Origin: Gammaproteobacteria bacterium
Lineage (GTDB): Bacteria > Pseudomonadota > Gammaproteobacteria > JADZEE01
DNA length: 64,000 nt
NCBI GenBank assembly: GCA_050183625.1
Contig: JBFXBD010000006.1
Span: forward strand, 42,653-106,652
Reading direction: 5' to 3'
Shown in pieces: positions 61,549-64,000 of this stretch; positions within the stretch are counted from its first letter, which is position 1, and the number at the start of each line of letters is the position of its first letter. The notes below the pieces were generated by a model. It was given only the letters and a program-made list of their open reading frames with translations. It was not told the origin of the DNA and did no database searches. The translations under genes and the position numbers were made by a program.

Positions 61549-64000
61549 GTGTCCGATCCCGGCAAGCAGCTGCAACCCGTCAACATCGAAGACGAGATGC
61601 GTCAGTCCTACATGGACTACGCCATGAGCGTCATCGTCGGCCGTGCGCTTCCGGACGTGCGCGACGGCCTCAAACCGGTCCACCGCCGCATCCTGTTCTC
61701 GATGCAGGAGGCGAACAACGTCTGGAACCGCCCCTACGTGAAGTGCGCGCGCGTGGTCGGCGACGTGCTCGGCAAGTACCACCCGCATGGCGACAGCGCG
61801 ACCTACGACGCGCTCGTGCGCATGGCGCAGGATTTCTCCATGCGCTACGTGCTGGTGGACGGCCAGGGCAATTTCGGCTCGGTGGATGGCGACCCGCCGG
61901 CGGCCTACCGCTACACCGAGTGCCGGATGACGCAGCTCGCGTCCGAGCTGCTGGCGGACATCGACCGCGAGACGGTCAACTTCGTCGCCAACTACGACGG
62001 CAAGGAACTCGAGCCCACGGTTCTGCCGACCCGCGTGCCGAACCTGCTCGTCAACGGTTCCAGCGGCATCGCCGTGGGCATGGCGACCAACATCCCGCCG
62101 CATAACCTGGGCGAGATCGTCGGCGCCTGCATCGCCCTCATCGACACCCCGTCCCTGGACGCCGGCGCGCTGATGCAGCACGTGCCGGGGCCGGATTTCC
62201 CGACCGCCGGCCTCATCAGCGGCGCCGGCGGGCTGCGCGAGGCGTATCTCACCGGGCGCGGCCGCATCACGGTGCGCGCACGCGCCACGATCGAGACCGA
62301 TGACGACGACCACACCCGCATCGTCGTCACCGAACTGCCGTACCAGGTGAACAAGGCCCGCCTGATCGAGTCGATCGCGGCATTGCACAAGGAAAAGCGC
62401 ATCGAGGGCATTCGCCCGGACGGCCTGCGCGACGAGTCCGACAAGGACGGCATGCGCATCGTCATCGAGCTGCGCCGCGGCGAGGTGCCCGAGGTGGTGC
62501 TGAACAACCTCTACCAGCACACCCAGATGCAGACCGCGTTCGGATTCAACATGGTCGCGCTGGTGGACGGCCAGCCCAGGGTGCTCAACCTCAAGCAGCT
62601 CCTGGAGTGCTTCATCCGCCATCGCCGCGAAGTGGTGACCCGGCGGACGCTGTACGACCTGCGCAAGGCGCGCGATCGCGCCCACATCCTGGAAGGCCTG
62701 GCGGTCGCGCTCGCCAGCATCGATCCGATGATCGACCTCATCAAGGCCTCGCCCGGCCCGGCCGAGGCGAAGGCCGGGCTGATGGCACGGGCCTGGGCGC
62801 CCGGGGTGGTGTCGGCGATGGTGGCCCGCAGCGGCTCGGCGCTGTCCAGGCCGCTCGACATGCCGCCCTCGTGCGGGCTGCACGATGACGGCTACCACCT
62901 GTCCGAGAGCCAGGCGCAGGCCATCCTCGACCTGCGGCTGAACCGGTTGACCGCGCTCGAGCAGGACAAGGTCTTCAAGGAGTACGAGGAGATCCTGGTC
63001 AACATCGCCGACCTGCTCGATATCCTCGCCCGCCCCGAACGCCTGATGCAGGTGATACGCGAGGAACTGATCGAGATCCGCGAGAAGTACGGGGACGTGC
63101 GTCGCACCGAGATCGTGGATGATCACCGCGATCTGCGGCCGGAGGACCTCATCAGCCAGGAGGACGTGGTCGTCACGCTCTCCCACGCCGGCTACGCGAA
63201 GTCGCAGCCGCTCGATGCCTACCGCGCCCAGCGCCGCGGCGGGCGGGGCAAGGCCGCGACCTCGGTCAAGGAAGAGGATTTCATCGACAAGCTGTTCATC
63301 GCCAACACCCACGACACCCTGCTGTGCTTCTCCACCCTGGGCAAGGTGTACTGGCTGAAGGTGTACCAGCTTCCGCAGGCCGGGCGCACCGCGCGCGGCA
63401 AGCCGATCGTCAACCTGCTGCCGCTGGCGGAGAACGAGCGCATCACGGCGCTGCTGCCGATCACCGCGTTCGAGGACGATCGCTTCGTACTGATGGCCAC
63501 CGCCAACGGCACGATCAAGAAAACGCCGCTGTCGGAGTTCTCGCGGCCGCGCCCGAGCGGCATCATCGCCATCGATCTGGCGGGTGACGACAGCCTGGTG
63601 GACGTCGCGCAGACCGACGGCCGCCAGGACGTGATGCTGTTCACCAGTGCCGGCAAGGCGATCCGCTTCGACGAGGACGAGGTGCGTCCCATGGGCCGGC
63701 CGGCGCGCGGCGTGCGCGGGGTCAGGCTGGTCGAGGGCCAGCGCGTGATCGCGCTCATCATCCGCGAACCGGACAGCGCCATTCTCACGGCGACGGCCAA
63801 CGGCTACGGCAAGCGCACCCCGGCGGAGGACTATCCGCGCCACGGCCGCGGCGGCCAGGGCGTGATCGCCATCCAGGCGAGCGATCGCAACGGCCCGGTG
63901 GTCGGCGCCATCGCCGTGCGTGCCGACGACCAGATCATGCTCATCAGCGGCCAGGGTACGCTGGTGCGCACCCGGGTCGCGGACATCTCCCTGGTCGGGC
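61549..64000 (+). CDS. gyrA: DNA gyrase subunit A (5' partial, runs off window)
   Basis: N-terminus [46 protein letters not shown], active-site Tyr region, C-terminal beta-pinwheel repeats. GTG start. An AT-rich promoter-like stretch lies at 61500–61535. Confidence 0.95.
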   Translation, partial: MSDPGKQLQPVNIEDEMRQSYMDYAMSVIVGRALPDVRDGLKPVHRRILFSMQEANNVWNRPYVKCARVVGDVLGKYHPHGDSATYDALVRMAQDFSMRYVLVDGQGNFGSVDGDPPAAYRYTECRMTQLASELLADIDRETVNFVANYDGKELEPTVLPTRVPNLLVNGSSGIAVGMATNIPPHNLGEIVGACIALIDTPSLDAGALMQHVPGPDFPTAGLISGAGGLREAYLTGRGRITVRARATIETDDDDHTRIVVTELPYQVNKARLIESIAALHKEKRIEGIRPDGLRDESDKDGMRIVIELRRGEVPEVVLNNLYQHTQMQTAFGFNMVALVDGQPRVLNLKQLLECFIRHRREVVTRRTLYDLRKARDRAHILEGLAVALASIDPMIDLIKASPGPAEAKAGLMARAWAPGVVSAMVARSGSALSRPLDMPPSCGLHDDGYHLSESQAQAILDLRLNRLTALEQDKVFKEYEEILVNIADLLDILARPERLMQVIREELIEIREKYGDVRRTEIVDDHRDLRPEDLISQEDVVVTLSHAGYAKSQPLDAYRAQRRGGRGKAATSVKEEDFIDKLFIANTHDTLLCFSTLGKVYWLKVYQLPQAGRTARGKPIVNLLPLAENERITALLPITAFEDDRFVLMATANGTIKKTPLSEFSRPRPSGIIAIDLAGDDSLVDVAQTDGRQDVMLFTSAGKAIRFDEDEVRPMGRPARGVRGVRLVEGQRVIALIIREPDSAILTATANGYGKRTPAEDYPRHGRGGQGVIAIQASDRNGPVVGAIAVRADDQIMLISGQGTLVRTRVADISLVG

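Overview
This 64 kb window is about 70% GC and its gene content and order indicate a Xanthomonadales/Nevskiales-like gammaproteobacterial chromosome. It is densely packed with about 55 protein-coding genes, mostly housekeeping. I found no rRNA, tRNA or CRISPR array. High GC produces many long spurious ORFs on the strand opposite real genes; I discounted these. The recognisable blocks, in order, are: (1) a cNMP-binding/rhodanese protein and aroE; (2) the conserved lptD-surA-pdxA-rsmA operon (minus strand), followed by a LON-domain protein, mpl, a small membrane protein, ispG and an orphan OmpR-type regulator; (3) msrB, cysG, and the divergent apbC/metG pair; (4) an rnfABCDG operon that lacks rnfE and nth and is followed directly by a KefB/KefC-type K+ efflux antiporter; (5) an acyl-CoA dehydrogenase, ilvE, an enoyl-CoA hydratase and fhs; (6) the pyrG-kdsA-eno-ftsB-ispD-ispF block; (7) a complete DSF-type quorum-sensing cluster immediately downstream of ispF: an RpfF-like synthase convergent with RpfC-like hybrid kinase and RpfG-like HD-GYP regulator; (8) smr and purL; (9) an accessory-looking locus with two ANL acyl-CoA ligases, a GDSL lipase carrying a PEP-CTERM-like tail, an enoyl-CoA hydratase, a methyltransferase, a 300 bp inverted-repeat (MITE-like) intergenic element, an AraC regulator, a cupin, a PhyH-family dioxygenase and a secreted SRPBCC protein; (10) a mini-secretin-like protein plus an unknown protein co-oriented with purB; (11) pyrC, rnt, an MtaD-like amidohydrolase, mtnA and the 5' part of gyrA. 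The DSF cluster is a known system type, though unexpected in this context. The accessory acyl-CoA/lipase/dioxygenase locus, the mini-secretin pair and the truncated rnf operon are the least explained parts of the window.
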